Virus record (IMG/VR): IMGVR_UViG_3300022592_000004
Location: 1 to 63,735 of that record
Direction: 5' to 3' (one strand)
DNA length: 63,735 nt
From: a virus
Lineage: Duplodnaviria; Caudoviricetes
The position numbers and the translations under genes are program-made. The first letter of the stretch is position 1. Every line of letters begins with the position of its first letter. The notes under the pieces are model-generated. The model was not told the origin of the DNA, made no database searches, and saw only the letters and a program-made list of their open reading frames with translations. Of the stretch, positions 50,619 through 61,700 are shown in pieces.

Positions 50619-51812
50619 ATGGCAGACTTTTACCAGTTGGATCCAGGGTTACAACAAAAACCCCTTATCGAAAAGCTCAACTTCATCCTGCGCCAGATCT
50701 TCAAGCGTCTGGATTCCACGGATTCCACCAAGGGGCCCGTGAAGTTTTACAACAACATCGACATGCTGGGCAACGCGATCGTCGATGGCCCCAAAAAACA
50801 GGACAATATTCCCGACACGGATTTCATCACAGCTGGATACCTGAAAACCAAGGCCGCAGCGCAGGCCGTCCAGAGTAGCGGCGTGATCACAGGGGGCGGA
50901 GCGCCTCCCCCACCGAGCGTACCGCCAACCAGACTCATCAACACCACGGCTCCTTTGACCGGCGGCGGTGATCTCTCCGCGGACCGAACCCTCGGGATTA
51001 CACAGGCAACAGCCACCACTGACGGATATCTGAGCGCCGCGGACTGGACGACGTTCTTTGGAAGGATGTCGAACCCAATGAACGCCCTCGGCGATATCAT
51101 CTACGGGGGAGCGGCCGGGACGCCCACGCGTCTGGGGATCGGCGTGAGCGGCACGGTTCTCCATGGTGGTGCGACACCGACCTGGTCGGCGGTTGTCGAA
51201 ACCGACATCCTCCTCGCGGTAGGCAGCACCGTCAATAATGCCAGCACCACAAAGCACGGGTTTCTTCCGACCTTATCAAATAATGCGGGCCAATTCCTCA
51301 ACGGCCAAGGTAACTGGGCAACGCCTGCTGGCCAGGCAAACGGCTATACCTCTCAGGGATTCATCTCGCAGACCACGGTGACGGTGACTCACAATTTTGG
51401 CGCCTACCCAGCCGTGCAGATCATCGACTCCGGAGGGAAGATCATCCAAGCGAAGGAGGTGACACATACCTCGGTCAACGCTTTTACGGTGACCTTTGTC
51501 GTCTCGACGACCGGCACCGTGATCGCTACGATCGGTAGCCCGCAGGCCCAGGCCGTCATCGTAGTGACGAACAACTACCTGATCCAGGTGACCGACCGGA
51601 TTATCGAGTGCTCCGTCGCGGGCAAAACCATTACCCTTCCCACGGCTGTAGGTCACACCGGCATGGAACTCGCAATCGACAACTCCGCCGTGCTAGGGGA
51701 TATAACGCTCGACTCGGCCGGAGGAACCATAGAAGGGGAAGCTTCCCAGGCGATCCCCCCGAACTCCGCGATTCACTGCTATAGTGATGGGACCAACTGG
51801 AGGATCTGGTAA
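50619..51812 (+). CDS. tail fibre protein
   Basis: APLTGGGDLSADRTL, GDIIYG...RLGIG, THNFGAYP, ITLPTA. Confidence 0.7.
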   Translation: MADFYQLDPGLQQKPLIEKLNFILRQIFKRLDSTDSTKGPVKFYNNIDMLGNAIVDGPKKQDNIPDTDFITAGYLKTKAAAQAVQSSGVITGGGAPPPPSVPPTRLINTTAPLTGGGDLSADRTLGITQATATTDGYLSAADWTTFFGRMSNPMNALGDIIYGGAAGTPTRLGIGVSGTVLHGGATPTWSAVVETDILLAVGSTVNNASTTKHGFLPTLSNNAGQFLNGQGNWATPAGQANGYTSQGFISQTTVTVTHNFGAYPAVQIIDSGGKIIQAKEVTHTSVNAFTVTFVVSTTGTVIATIGSPQAQAVIVVTNNYLIQVTDRIIECSVAGKTITLPTAVGHTGMELAIDNSAVLGDITLDSAGGTIEGEASQAIPPNSAIHCYSDGTNWRIW

Positions 51813-54800
51813 TGTCATTCTTTTCGCGACTAAAGCAAGACGTTCTGGTCTCGGCCAACAACAGCTCCAATGCAAATCTCGGGGGTGGCGCCTCCTTCAC
51901 GGGGACGTCAGAGGGAACGCTCGGGATCAATGCCGTCCAGGTCGCTCTCAAAGCTGACCAAAACTGCCTGGTCCAGATAGAACAGTCCATTAACGGCTCC
52001 GACTGGGATATCATCGATACCCTCGGCTACGTGATCATAAAGCCAGGTGCCTGGACGGTCATGGCGGTGGCATCGTTCGTCAGGGTCGTTGTCACCAACA
52101 TGAATGCTACAACCGCGACGACCTTCTTCAGACTCCAGACCCTGCTCTGCCCGATCGCCAATCCACTTCCCAATTCGCTGAGCGACGAGGGGAATCTGAT
52201 GGTCGGCGTTTATGAGATCGAGGGAGACTTCGCGACCAGAGTAGAGGTGACTCCGCACTCGGCTCTCAGGACGGTTTCACCTCTGAGGCTCGTCGGCGGG
52301 GAATTCGAACAAGCCTTTGACACGAGCTTTTGGACCAAGACAAGCCAGGTAGGAACGGGAGATTCTGTCGTCGCGAATTGCGTCAACATCCTCTCGACGG
52401 GGACTACGAACGCTTCCAGCATTATCGTAAACTCCGCGAGGGTTGGAAGGTACGCCTCCGGCACGGACAATTATTTCAACGGCGAGATCCGATTGCCGGC
52501 CGTCACCGGAATAAACACCCGCAGATGGGGCGCGTTTAACACGAATGACGGATTCTTTTTTGAGCACGACGGCACAACGCTGAAGGTGGTCACAAGAAAG
52601 GGTGGATCTCCTACATCCGTATCATCGGGTTCCTTCAACGGGTATCTGGGGGCGACCTACGTCCCGGGAACCAATGTCCACTTTTACGAGATTCATTATA
52701 CAAGGGATGGCGTCTGGTTCTTCATCGACAACAGACTTCTCCATCACATTGCGGCAACAACCGCTACCCTGACCAACGAAGTAGCGCTCCCTGTCGGCCT
52801 GGAGAACACTAACGGTGCGAATATCAATAACAACCAGCTCGAGGTATGGAGCGCGTCGATCTATAGAAATGGGCCGATCAGCACTCAGGCACAGTTCCTT
52901 CACCTAAATGCCCTGGCAACGACCACACTCAAGAAGGGGCCCGGGAACCTCCAGAGGGTCATAATCAACAACGTCGGGTCGGCGACGGATACGTTGACGC
53001 TATATGACAACACCGCGGCCTCCGGACTCATCATCGGCATCATTCCCCTTGGGGGCACGGCGATAGTGGTTCCTGTTTCCTTGGATTATGGTGGACTGAG
53101 CTTCAACATCGGCTTGACGGCCGTCATCGCCTCCGGCGTAACACCTGGAGACGTAACGATCTTGTTCGAGTGAATCATGCGAGAAGACGACGTACAGATG
53201 TTTGGGCCGATAAAGCCAGCAGTGGTGAACCTTGTCTATGGAGCGACCGTCGCTACTGATTGCTCGCTTGGCAATCACTTCAGGCTCACGGCCACCGGAA
53301 ACTTCACCCTGTCCAACGTGTCGAACCCGACCGATGGCCAGAGGCTCCTTTGGGAGATCCTGCAGGACGGAACCGGAAACCGGCTGATAAGTTTGGACAC
53401 AAACTTCACGGTGCCGTCGAATCTGCCGGCCATAATCCTCAGCACGAGCCCGAACGTAAGCGACATGCTCAGCGGGATCTACAACTCGGCTCTGGGAAAG
53501 GTCGTCATAACGGGTTTTGGAAAGGAGTATTTCTGATGTCAGTTCCAACTTTTCTGGTGGGGGTGCTGAACACGGACTTCAACTATCTCTCGCACCTAGC
53601 CGTGACCGACACGATCACGATCCTGAACGACCTGAACACGCAGCTGACGGCGCTAGGCTGGACCTGCTCGGTAGCCGGCGCGAGCCCGAATGCAGTGGGC
53701 ACCTATACATCCCCCGTCAGGTCCGACGGCGCATCAATCAAGGTTGTAGCCACACAGGTTTCTGCGACCGCCGTAAAATATGTGGTTACCGATCATACGG
53801 GGCTTCAGGTCAATAACGCCACGAGCACTCAACAGCAGATTGCCGTTGCCGGAAATGAGGTGAGGCTCTATTGCAACATGTTCGGCTTCTTCGTCGACAG
53901 CATCCAAGCGACTCCCGAGTGCTGGGGCGCTGGAATCCTTGACCAGACTCCCGAAGCTATGACTGTTCCGAGAGCCAATTACTTCGCCACCGGCGGTCCG
54001 AGGAATAATGCTGGGACGATCAACTCTCAGGCGTGGGAGGCGCTTTGGGTTCTCGCGCCTGGAGGGACGGCCTATGCGTTGGGGGCGGCTGCCGGCAGTC
54101 GGCGGGCGCCATCCGTGGGGACATTTACCAGGACAACATTTACCGGAGCCCTGATGTTTGCGCCCATGGAGATGGGCAAGGGCGGTGGCGATCCTCTTCT
54201 TTATCTTTTAGGCAGAGTGTTTCAGGCCCTCATGCTGGATGGCGCACAGATATTCGGGGCGGAGTTTACAGTCCCCATCGATGTAGCCGTCACCGGGGTA
54301 TTTAAGGTCATCGGGCTCGCCACGGCATCAGCCGCGAGAATTTGCGCACGAAAATCTTAGGAGGATTCTATGGCAGTCCAGGCGTTCCTGGCCTCAAGTT
54401 TCAGATTTCTGGAGATCAGAGGAGTTACCGACGTTGCGACCATCATCACCAATTTTGGAACGGAGGTGCTGGCGAATAGCCCCGCGTGGACGGGCGCGAA
54501 TCCTTACACGTCACCAACGGATATTGGCGACCCGAGATTTATGGTCGTTACTCTGACCCGGACCTCGCAGTTCAAGCTGGACGTCGCGATCGCGGATCAG
54601 CTCGGCAATACGATATGCACTCGGCGCCTAACCATTCCTTCTGGCCCGCTAGTGACGGTCAGGATCTACACTGGCAGGTATCACTTTCACATCGACGCGG
54701 ACAACGGAAACGCAGCGCCGGGATATGTCGGTGGAGGGATCCTGGATGAGAGCCCAGAAGCGCAGAACGCCCACAACCATTATGTGTTTGGGAATGGATC

Positions 54801-55543
54801 GTTTAGCACGGCTGACGCCAGCACCCTCGCAGATGTCTCCTATGCATTTATGCTGGACAATGTCACCCCCGCCGGCACTCAGAGGGTGAATCAGTGGAGC
54901 TGCGGGGATTCGACCTCACCGGCGATCATGACTCCGAACGGCGCCAGAGTCTACAGACCGAAGGAACTTTACTGCATCCCTGCCGGTGGCGGCGCAAATC
55001 TATACGCCGGAAGGGCATACCAGGCGCTTATGGTGCCTGATTCCCTGGTGCTGGGCGATGAGGTGGTTGTCCCGATAGATATAGGAACGACCGGCACTTT
55101 TAAGGTCTGCGGCGTTCCCGGATCTGCAAACGCCAACAACCGGCTCCTGGCGATGAGGAAGGCCTGAAATGTCGCTGCCCATCAACCTCTGGCAAAACAT
55201 AAGGCAGGAGGACACTGTCAGCAACATTGTTTCGCTCGTGGATACGGTGCCCAATCCGGACACGATCCTGCAGGATTTCTTGGTCCAGGATAAGGTCCTT
55301 GCCTTCTCGGAGATGGCGGCGCTCGAGAACACTGACATGAACATCTTCGAAACCAGGGTCTATCAGAATTTCACCTTTGGCCCTGAGTCCAGATCTCTCG
55401 TGGATACGGTCCCGGCGCCCGACACGATCTTTCAGGATTTTTTCTGCATGGACAAGCCTGACATCCCGATCTATCCGGTAGCCCAGATCATCAACCCGGG
55501 CACCACGCTTTACGCTGGAGATTTTGGAGGGTATATCTGCTAG
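51812..55543 (+). CDS. tail/receptor-binding region genes (51812-53173, 53177-53536, 53536-54360, 54370-55167, 55169-55543)
   Basis: Thr/Gly/Asn-rich beta proteins; 53536 and 54370 are paralogs; 55169 has an internal SLVDTVP.PDTI.QDF repeat. Confidence 0.65.
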
Positions 55544-55595
55544 GATTGGCCGGGGGTTGACACAACAATGTTAAGCTGAAATTTGGGAGAGCCTT

Positions 55596-56216
55596 ATGCT
55601 AGAAGCAATTCCTGAGGTAAACACCGTTCCTGAAGTCAAAACCGGGTTCGAGCCGCGCCGCGGCCCTTACCTGATGATTCCATACTGTGCGCAGGGTGGG
55701 ACCGACCAGCACAGAGCGCTGATCGATCTTTACTCCCGGCTGCAAGCAGAGGGGCTTGCCGAGATCGTGTTTCATGAAAACCCAGAGACAACGCTTCTCG
55801 ACTTCATGAATTTCTTTTCCGGGCCCAAAGTCGCGCTCCAGATCTTCGCCCTCATGGATGGAGACAAGGTGGTCGACATCATCGCTATGACGTGGTTGGC
55901 GGACCTGGTGTCCTGCAGCAATGGCGCCCTGATCAAGGGTGTGGGCAGCTTCGTGTTCTTCAAGGATTACCAGAAACCGGCCTACACGGATCCGGTCAGT
56001 AAACTCGTCCTCGATTATTGGTTCGACGTGCTTCTTTTGCAGACCCTTGTTGGCCTAACGCCGGCGCCAAACCGGGCAGCCTCTCTCTTCACCAAGAGGC
56101 TTGGTTTTCAGGAAGTCTGCCGTATTCCCAACTACACGACCTTTGACGGTAAGGTCTGCGACGGGATTGTCTCTTGGATGTCCAGGGAGCTGTATCACGA
56201 CACTAGATTGGAGTGA
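55596..56216 (+). CDS. GNAT-like acetyltransferase
   Basis: LVGLTPAPNRAASLFTKRLGF; typical position before ejection genes. Confidence 0.7.
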   Translation: MLEAIPEVNTVPEVKTGFEPRRGPYLMIPYCAQGGTDQHRALIDLYSRLQAEGLAEIVFHENPETTLLDFMNFFSGPKVALQIFALMDGDKVVDIIAMTWLADLVSCSNGALIKGVGSFVFFKDYQKPAYTDPVSKLVLDYWFDVLLLQTLVGLTPAPNRAASLFTKRLGFQEVCRIPNYTTFDGKVCDGIVSWMSRELYHDTRLE

Positions 56217-56218
56217 TC

Positions 56219-56731
56219 ATGGGGAAAACCGACCAGACTGCAGCTCGGATGACAGCCCAATCCCAGGCACAGATTGGACAGAGCCTCGTCGACTTCTCGA
56301 AGCAGATGTGGGGCGAAAGCGCTCCGTATCGCAAGCAAACCGGAGACTTCTGGTCCAGCATCATGAAGGGAGGCCCCTCTCTTCAGAAGGCGGTAGCTCC
56401 GCAGATCAACAGCGCAACCCAGCAGTTCGCCGTGGCCAAGAAATCCGCGGCTGAACTTCCGCCCGGGGGATTGCGCGACATCACCGCCCGCAATCTCAGT
56501 GTCGCGGAGGCAGGGGCCAAGACCGGAATCTATTCAAGCGGCGTGAATGATGCGGCCATGCGACTTGCCAACCAGGCCGCCCAGGGGACCCAGGCCGGCC
56601 TCAGTGGGATGAGTGGCGGAGCCAATGCCTACGGTGGAGCGGGTGGAACCTATATGAATCTTGCCCAGATGGGAATGCAACAAACGACCGGCTTGGCCAG
56701 TGGTCTCGGTTCCATGGTCGCTATGATTTAG
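56219..56731 (+). CDS. putative DNA ejection/pilot protein
   Basis: Gln/Ala/Gly-rich with a glycine-zipper-like C-terminus. Confidence 0.55.
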   Translation: MGKTDQTAARMTAQSQAQIGQSLVDFSKQMWGESAPYRKQTGDFWSSIMKGGPSLQKAVAPQINSATQQFAVAKKSAAELPPGGLRDITARNLSVAEAGAKTGIYSSGVNDAAMRLANQAAQGTQAGLSGMSGGANAYGGAGGTYMNLAQMGMQQTTGLASGLGSMVAMI

Positions 56732-56755
56732 TGCACCAGTGCACAAGGAGGCTTT

Positions 56756-57127
56756 ATGGCAGGAGCAGGGGACGCGGCAGGAGCATTTCTCGGAGCCCTA
56801 GCCGGAGGCGGCGGCGATTCGGATGATCAATCAAATCTCAGTCGTACCATAGGCAGGAAGGTAGGGGCACCTGCGGGATCTGGATCAAACCTCTCGCGGT
56901 GGCTTGGATCCAAGTTTGGGAGCAAGGGGGACGCCAAGGCCCCGGGCGAAGTGACCGACAACGCAACGACCATGAAGGGCGGCGGCCGCGTCAAGAAAAC
57001 GGGCGTCTATCGCGTCCATAAGGGCGAGGTTGTCATCCCGGCCAAGATCGTCAAAGCGATGGATAAGGTCGCACGCGGTAAACGCAAGCCAGTCCGTAAG
57101 TCCAGCCGAGCCAGCAGCAGGAGGTAA
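56756..57127 (+). CDS. small basic protein with GGRV motif and Arg-ending tail
   Basis: KGGGRVKKTGVYRVHKGEVVIP...SSRASSRR. Confidence 0.65.
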   Translation: MAGAGDAAGAFLGALAGGGGDSDDQSNLSRTIGRKVGAPAGSGSNLSRWLGSKFGSKGDAKAPGEVTDNATTMKGGGRVKKTGVYRVHKGEVVIPAKIVKAMDKVARGKRKPVRKSSRASSRR

Positions 57128-57129
57128 CA

Positions 57130-58725
57130 ATGGGCGCCCTCGGGAATATCTTCGGTGGGTTCATGCAGGGATATCAAAATACCCTACTGCAGCGCCACGC
57201 TGAGCGCGAGAGACAGTTCACCCAATACATGGATGCAGCTAAGACATACCGGGGCTGGGCGGATCAGGAGAAGCAAAAACCCGTCTGGAATCAGGCTCTG
57301 GTCACCGAAGCCGAGACCAATGCGCAAAAATATGAGGCAATGGCGGAGAAAGCCATCAATCAAAAGATCGGCGGGCTCGCCAAACTCGGCAGCATGATCA
57401 AGGGGATGGGGGGCGGTAAGGGGGTAGGCGCGTTGGGACAAGGTCAGCAGACTTCTCAGGCCGCACCGACGTCAGACACTTCCGGAGTCGGGATGCCTCC
57501 ATCGGCGTCCGGTCCGGGGCCGGAAAGCGTGGGGGGGATGCAGGAAGCTCCTCCGCAGTCTCCTGGAGCTTCGCTATCTCCGGGGCTTCCGGCCGCTCCA
57601 GCTGCCCAGCCGTCCGAGGAAGCGCCGCCACAGGAAGCGCCGAAATCCTCCGCATATGATATGTCTTCGCTGCCAGCCCCTCCAGGCCAGCAACCTTCCG
57701 GTCCGGTCGCTGCGCCGGCGCCGGCGCCATCGATAAGCGTAGCGGCAGCTCAGACTGCTCCTGCAGAAAAGACCGGGCCCATCGGACAGGAGGATCTCGG
57801 CCTGCCAAAGGGATACAGCGTCAACCCGCTCTATGCAACCCAGCAGAGGATGATTCTGACGGCCGAGCAAGCCAAAAACAAAATGCTTACCCAGGATCAG
57901 ATCGAAAAAGCGGACGCGATGCACAAACAGCAGAAGCAATACGCCGACGAGGACGCCGCTGAAATCCAGAAGACACCAGGATGGGATCAGCTCTCGCCGG
58001 CACAGCAAGTGCAGGCGCTCGCTGAAATCAAGACGGGGAGAAGCCTTGGGCTCCTGCAGAATTACGCGGGACGAATCGCCAGGACCACCAAGAACGTGAA
58101 GGATGAGGACGGTCTCTACGATTACCACTACGACATGTTCGGAAACTTTGTCGGGAAAACTCCTTCCGGGCAGACTGCGGGTCAGATCAACATGAGCGCA
58201 AGATATCAGCAGGCTGTCGACGTCTTCAAGAAGGCGAACCCCCAGGCTTCTGATGACGAGGCGAACCAGGCCGTCGCTGGGGCGCAGTCTGGCATTCTCC
58301 AGAACCGCGCAGCTCTTCTGAAGCTGCAACTCGTGCGCGAGCAGGATCTCATAGACATCGGCAAACAACAGTTCCAGTGGAAGAAAGACGCTGAGGCTCT
58401 CAAGAAGACCGGCACCATGTCGTCTGCTCAGGCTCTCGAAACCATTCGGCACTACGACAACATGGCTCAGTTTGAACTCTTCGGTGACCCGCTGAACAAG
58501 GTTCGCCTGACGCAGGGCAAGACTGGAGATGAAGTAGCCGAAATGATCGTAGAGCGCTCTAAAGCACTCCTCGCGGCCTCGGGATTCAACAGAGACGATC
58601 TTATGAAGACCTCGACGGGGAAAACTCCGCCGAGCGTAGAGCAGCAAACCCAAAATGCGGTAAAGAGCTTAACAGCGCCGCCGGGTACGACGAAGAAGAC
58701 AGGAACCATTAAACCCCCAGGATAA
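57130..58725 (+). CDS. putative internal virion/ejection protein
   Basis: MGALGNIFGGFMQGY start, Pro-rich linker, helical C-half. Confidence 0.6.
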   Translation: MGALGNIFGGFMQGYQNTLLQRHAERERQFTQYMDAAKTYRGWADQEKQKPVWNQALVTEAETNAQKYEAMAEKAINQKIGGLAKLGSMIKGMGGGKGVGALGQGQQTSQAAPTSDTSGVGMPPSASGPGPESVGGMQEAPPQSPGASLSPGLPAAPAAQPSEEAPPQEAPKSSAYDMSSLPAPPGQQPSGPVAAPAPAPSISVAAAQTAPAEKTGPIGQEDLGLPKGYSVNPLYATQQRMILTAEQAKNKMLTQDQIEKADAMHKQQKQYADEDAAEIQKTPGWDQLSPAQQVQALAEIKTGRSLGLLQNYAGRIARTTKNVKDEDGLYDYHYDMFGNFVGKTPSGQTAGQINMSARYQQAVDVFKKANPQASDDEANQAVAGAQSGILQNRAALLKLQLVREQDLIDIGKQQFQWKKDAEALKKTGTMSSAQALETIRHYDNMAQFELFGDPLNKVRLTQGKTGDEVAEMIVERSKALLAASGFNRDDLMKTSTGKTPPSVEQQTQNAVKSLTAPPGTTKKTGTIKPPG

Positions 58726-58732
58726 TAATCGG

Positions 58733-61700
58733 ATGGCCACGCAACCAGAACAGACGCCGGATCCGTTGCAGCCACCCCAGGGGCAAGGTCCTTCTGACGA
58801 AGATCTCCTAAAGCAAAAGTATAAGAGCCCAAGAGATCTACTGCTAGATCCGAACTTCCACAGCATTAAAAATGCCGAAGTGAGGAGGAAACTACTCGGG
58901 ATGATCTATCCCGATTTCAACAATTACGACACGCCGAGCCAAAACGATGCTTTAGGGAAGAAGGTCACTGATTGGCAGAAGTATTACTCGGATCTGGACG
59001 CCGCGGCCAAGCCAAAGACTCCTGCGATTTCAGACAAGGCGATCAGCGCTCTCGCAGGCGGCCTGCCGCCACCGCCCGGGACTGTGCCCTTCAAACCAAA
59101 GTCTACCGCGGGAATCCCCGGAGCGCTGCCGCCGGAGGGAACGCCGCTGGAGTCGATCTGGGACAAAGCCGATACCTACGCCAAAAAGTTCGGCATTGAC
59201 CCTCAGATCAACCGCGCAATTATCCTGGCCGAGTCTGGGGGGGATCCAAATACCAGTCGCACTGACTCCAATGGGCTCCTTTCGCGTGGGCTCTATCAGT
59301 GGAACGGAGCTGGCCGCGGTAAAGGGGTTCCGGATAATCTGGCATTCGATCCCGATTATGTCATTCCAAAGTCCCTCGAGTATATCAAGCCGGTCTATGA
59401 TGATGGTGTGGCGCAAGGTCTATCCGGACAAGATCTGTTGCTCTACATTGGGAGAAACGCACAGAGATATCAGCAGAACGTCGGCGACCGATCCTATTCC
59501 AATGCCTGGGAAACGATACAGACTGGGCAGGAGTTGCCGCAGCGCATAGTGACGGCAACCAAGACCGCGCAAGCGCCGGGAACCACTGCAGCCGTGCCAT
59601 CTCTGCCGGCGCCCCCATCAGCCGGTGGCCGAGCGGCTGGCCCGATGCTTCCACCTCCTCCAGGTGCCGGAGTTCGTGCTACGGGAATCGCAGCTCCGGT
59701 CGCCGCTGAGCCCGCGGCTGGGGCTCGGGCGGCGGGGATCGCGGCGCCCACACCAGCACAGACCCAGAGGCCAGTTCCCGCTGCGCCAACCCCGTTCGAT
59801 CAGATCACGACGCAGATTGCCAACCAAAGGAAGGCCCTCGAGGATCACCTCCAGGAGGGGAAGAACAAGATCGACGCCTTGAAGAAGGAAGTGGAAACCC
59901 CTCCCGCGGCAGATGCCCCGTTCCAGGAGCGCGAGGACTGGCAGCACAAGCAGGGGGTGCTGTCCGATATGGTAGATTCCTACAACGCCGATCAGGAGCA
60001 AAGAATCGCGGCGTTCAACAAGATGATTGCCGACGCGCAGCCACAGTTTACGAAGGCACCGGCAAAATATGCGACTCCAAAGAAGATCTCCTCCGATACG
60101 ATCAGGGCTGTCTATGACTTCTTCCAGCCTGGCCTGGTCGACAAGATGGCAGGTTTTTACGACCTGCATCCGGCCTTGAGACCATTCGCGCAGGGTCTCG
60201 CAGAGGGCACCACATTGGGATTCGCCGGCAGACAGCAGGGAATGCCAGAGCCAACCGGCGCCTACGCGAAGAGCATGGAATGGGTCGGCGAGCAGGCGGG
60301 ATCCCTGCCTTACTACTACCTCGGTGCTCGACTTCTCGGCCTCGCCGGCGGATTGCTGCCGAAGTTACCGATCGTCGGAAGATATCTCGGCATACTTGCC
60401 AAGCTTCCCGAGGCTGTTGGCGTGAGAACCGCCGCCGCGAAGACCGCGGAAGAGGCGGCGGAGATTGCCAGCAAGATGGTTGCGGCTGGCAAGACGATCG
60501 AAGCTCCCGCGGCGCTGGCCGACGCGCTCAGGATCGCAAGTGAGAATCCAAACCTGACCAAATTCCTCACGGTTCCCCTTATCAAAGCCGCAAACGTCGG
60601 AACGGTTATGGCTTCCGTTGGCGCAATCCATGCTATCGCGAACGGCGACGATCCAAAGATAGCCGCTCTTCATGGGTATGAGCTCGCTCTGGCTGGAGAG
60701 ATGATCGCAGCGAGTCCTCCGATGCGGGCACTGGTGGACAAGCTGAGAATGAATATCAAGGATCCGAGCGTCCAGGCGATGCTCCAGAAGATCGGCATCC
60801 CGAAGGCCGCTTTTAAGGATTATGTCGACCAAGCCGGTGAAGCCTTCAAGGAACAGCCTGAAGTTAAAAGGCTCGTCGATGAGGGCGAAGTCCAGTATGC
60901 CGAGGAACTGAAGAGGCATACCGAAGCGGGGACCCTGCACGAACTTCCGGAGAAAGATGATTTTGTCTGGAAATATATCAATCAAAATCTTCCGGAGGGC
61001 ACAAGCGCAGGGGGTTTCATAACAAATTTCACGAGGGGGAAGATCGCTAACGAACATCCGGAGTATGAGGTTCTTCGGACTTTTCTCAATAACTATCTCA
61101 CGCAGCGCCACGCTGCGGCTTTAGGAGAGGCGGCCGCGGGGGCCACGAGCTACGGTTTAGCTGCAGCTGGAATTCAGATCGCCTACACGCCTGGCGATAT
61201 CATGACCAGGCTCAAAGCTGGCGGGCGCGACGGGTTGTCCACCTTCCTTGCTGTAGGGGCATTCCATCTTCCGTCCTTGATCGATGCATTGCAGATCCGT
61301 GCAGGACGCGACCTGGATCCGACGGAAGCCGCCACCGAATACAACAACATGACGACGGCAGAGCGCAAGTTGCTCGTCGGGAAGATAGCGCAGCCGGACA
61401 TCGATCGGGCGGTCGAGAACATCAACAATGAGGCCGGCCAGACGCCGGCGACGACTGAGCCCAACCCTATTCCTCCCGAGGTAGGCGCGACGCCGATTGA
61501 ACCAACCCCAGCTCCAGCCCCTCCGGCCGAGGTTCCTACTCCTCCGCTTCCAAGGCCGCCGACTACCGAAGTGACCGCGCCTCCAGAAACTCCAGAAGCG
61601 GTTCCCGGTCCGATAACGGGCATTGCCCCGGGGGGCACGGTCGACAAGACCCCGCCGCCTGGGGGGGAAGCGCAACAACCAGGTCGCTCTGAAGAACTTG

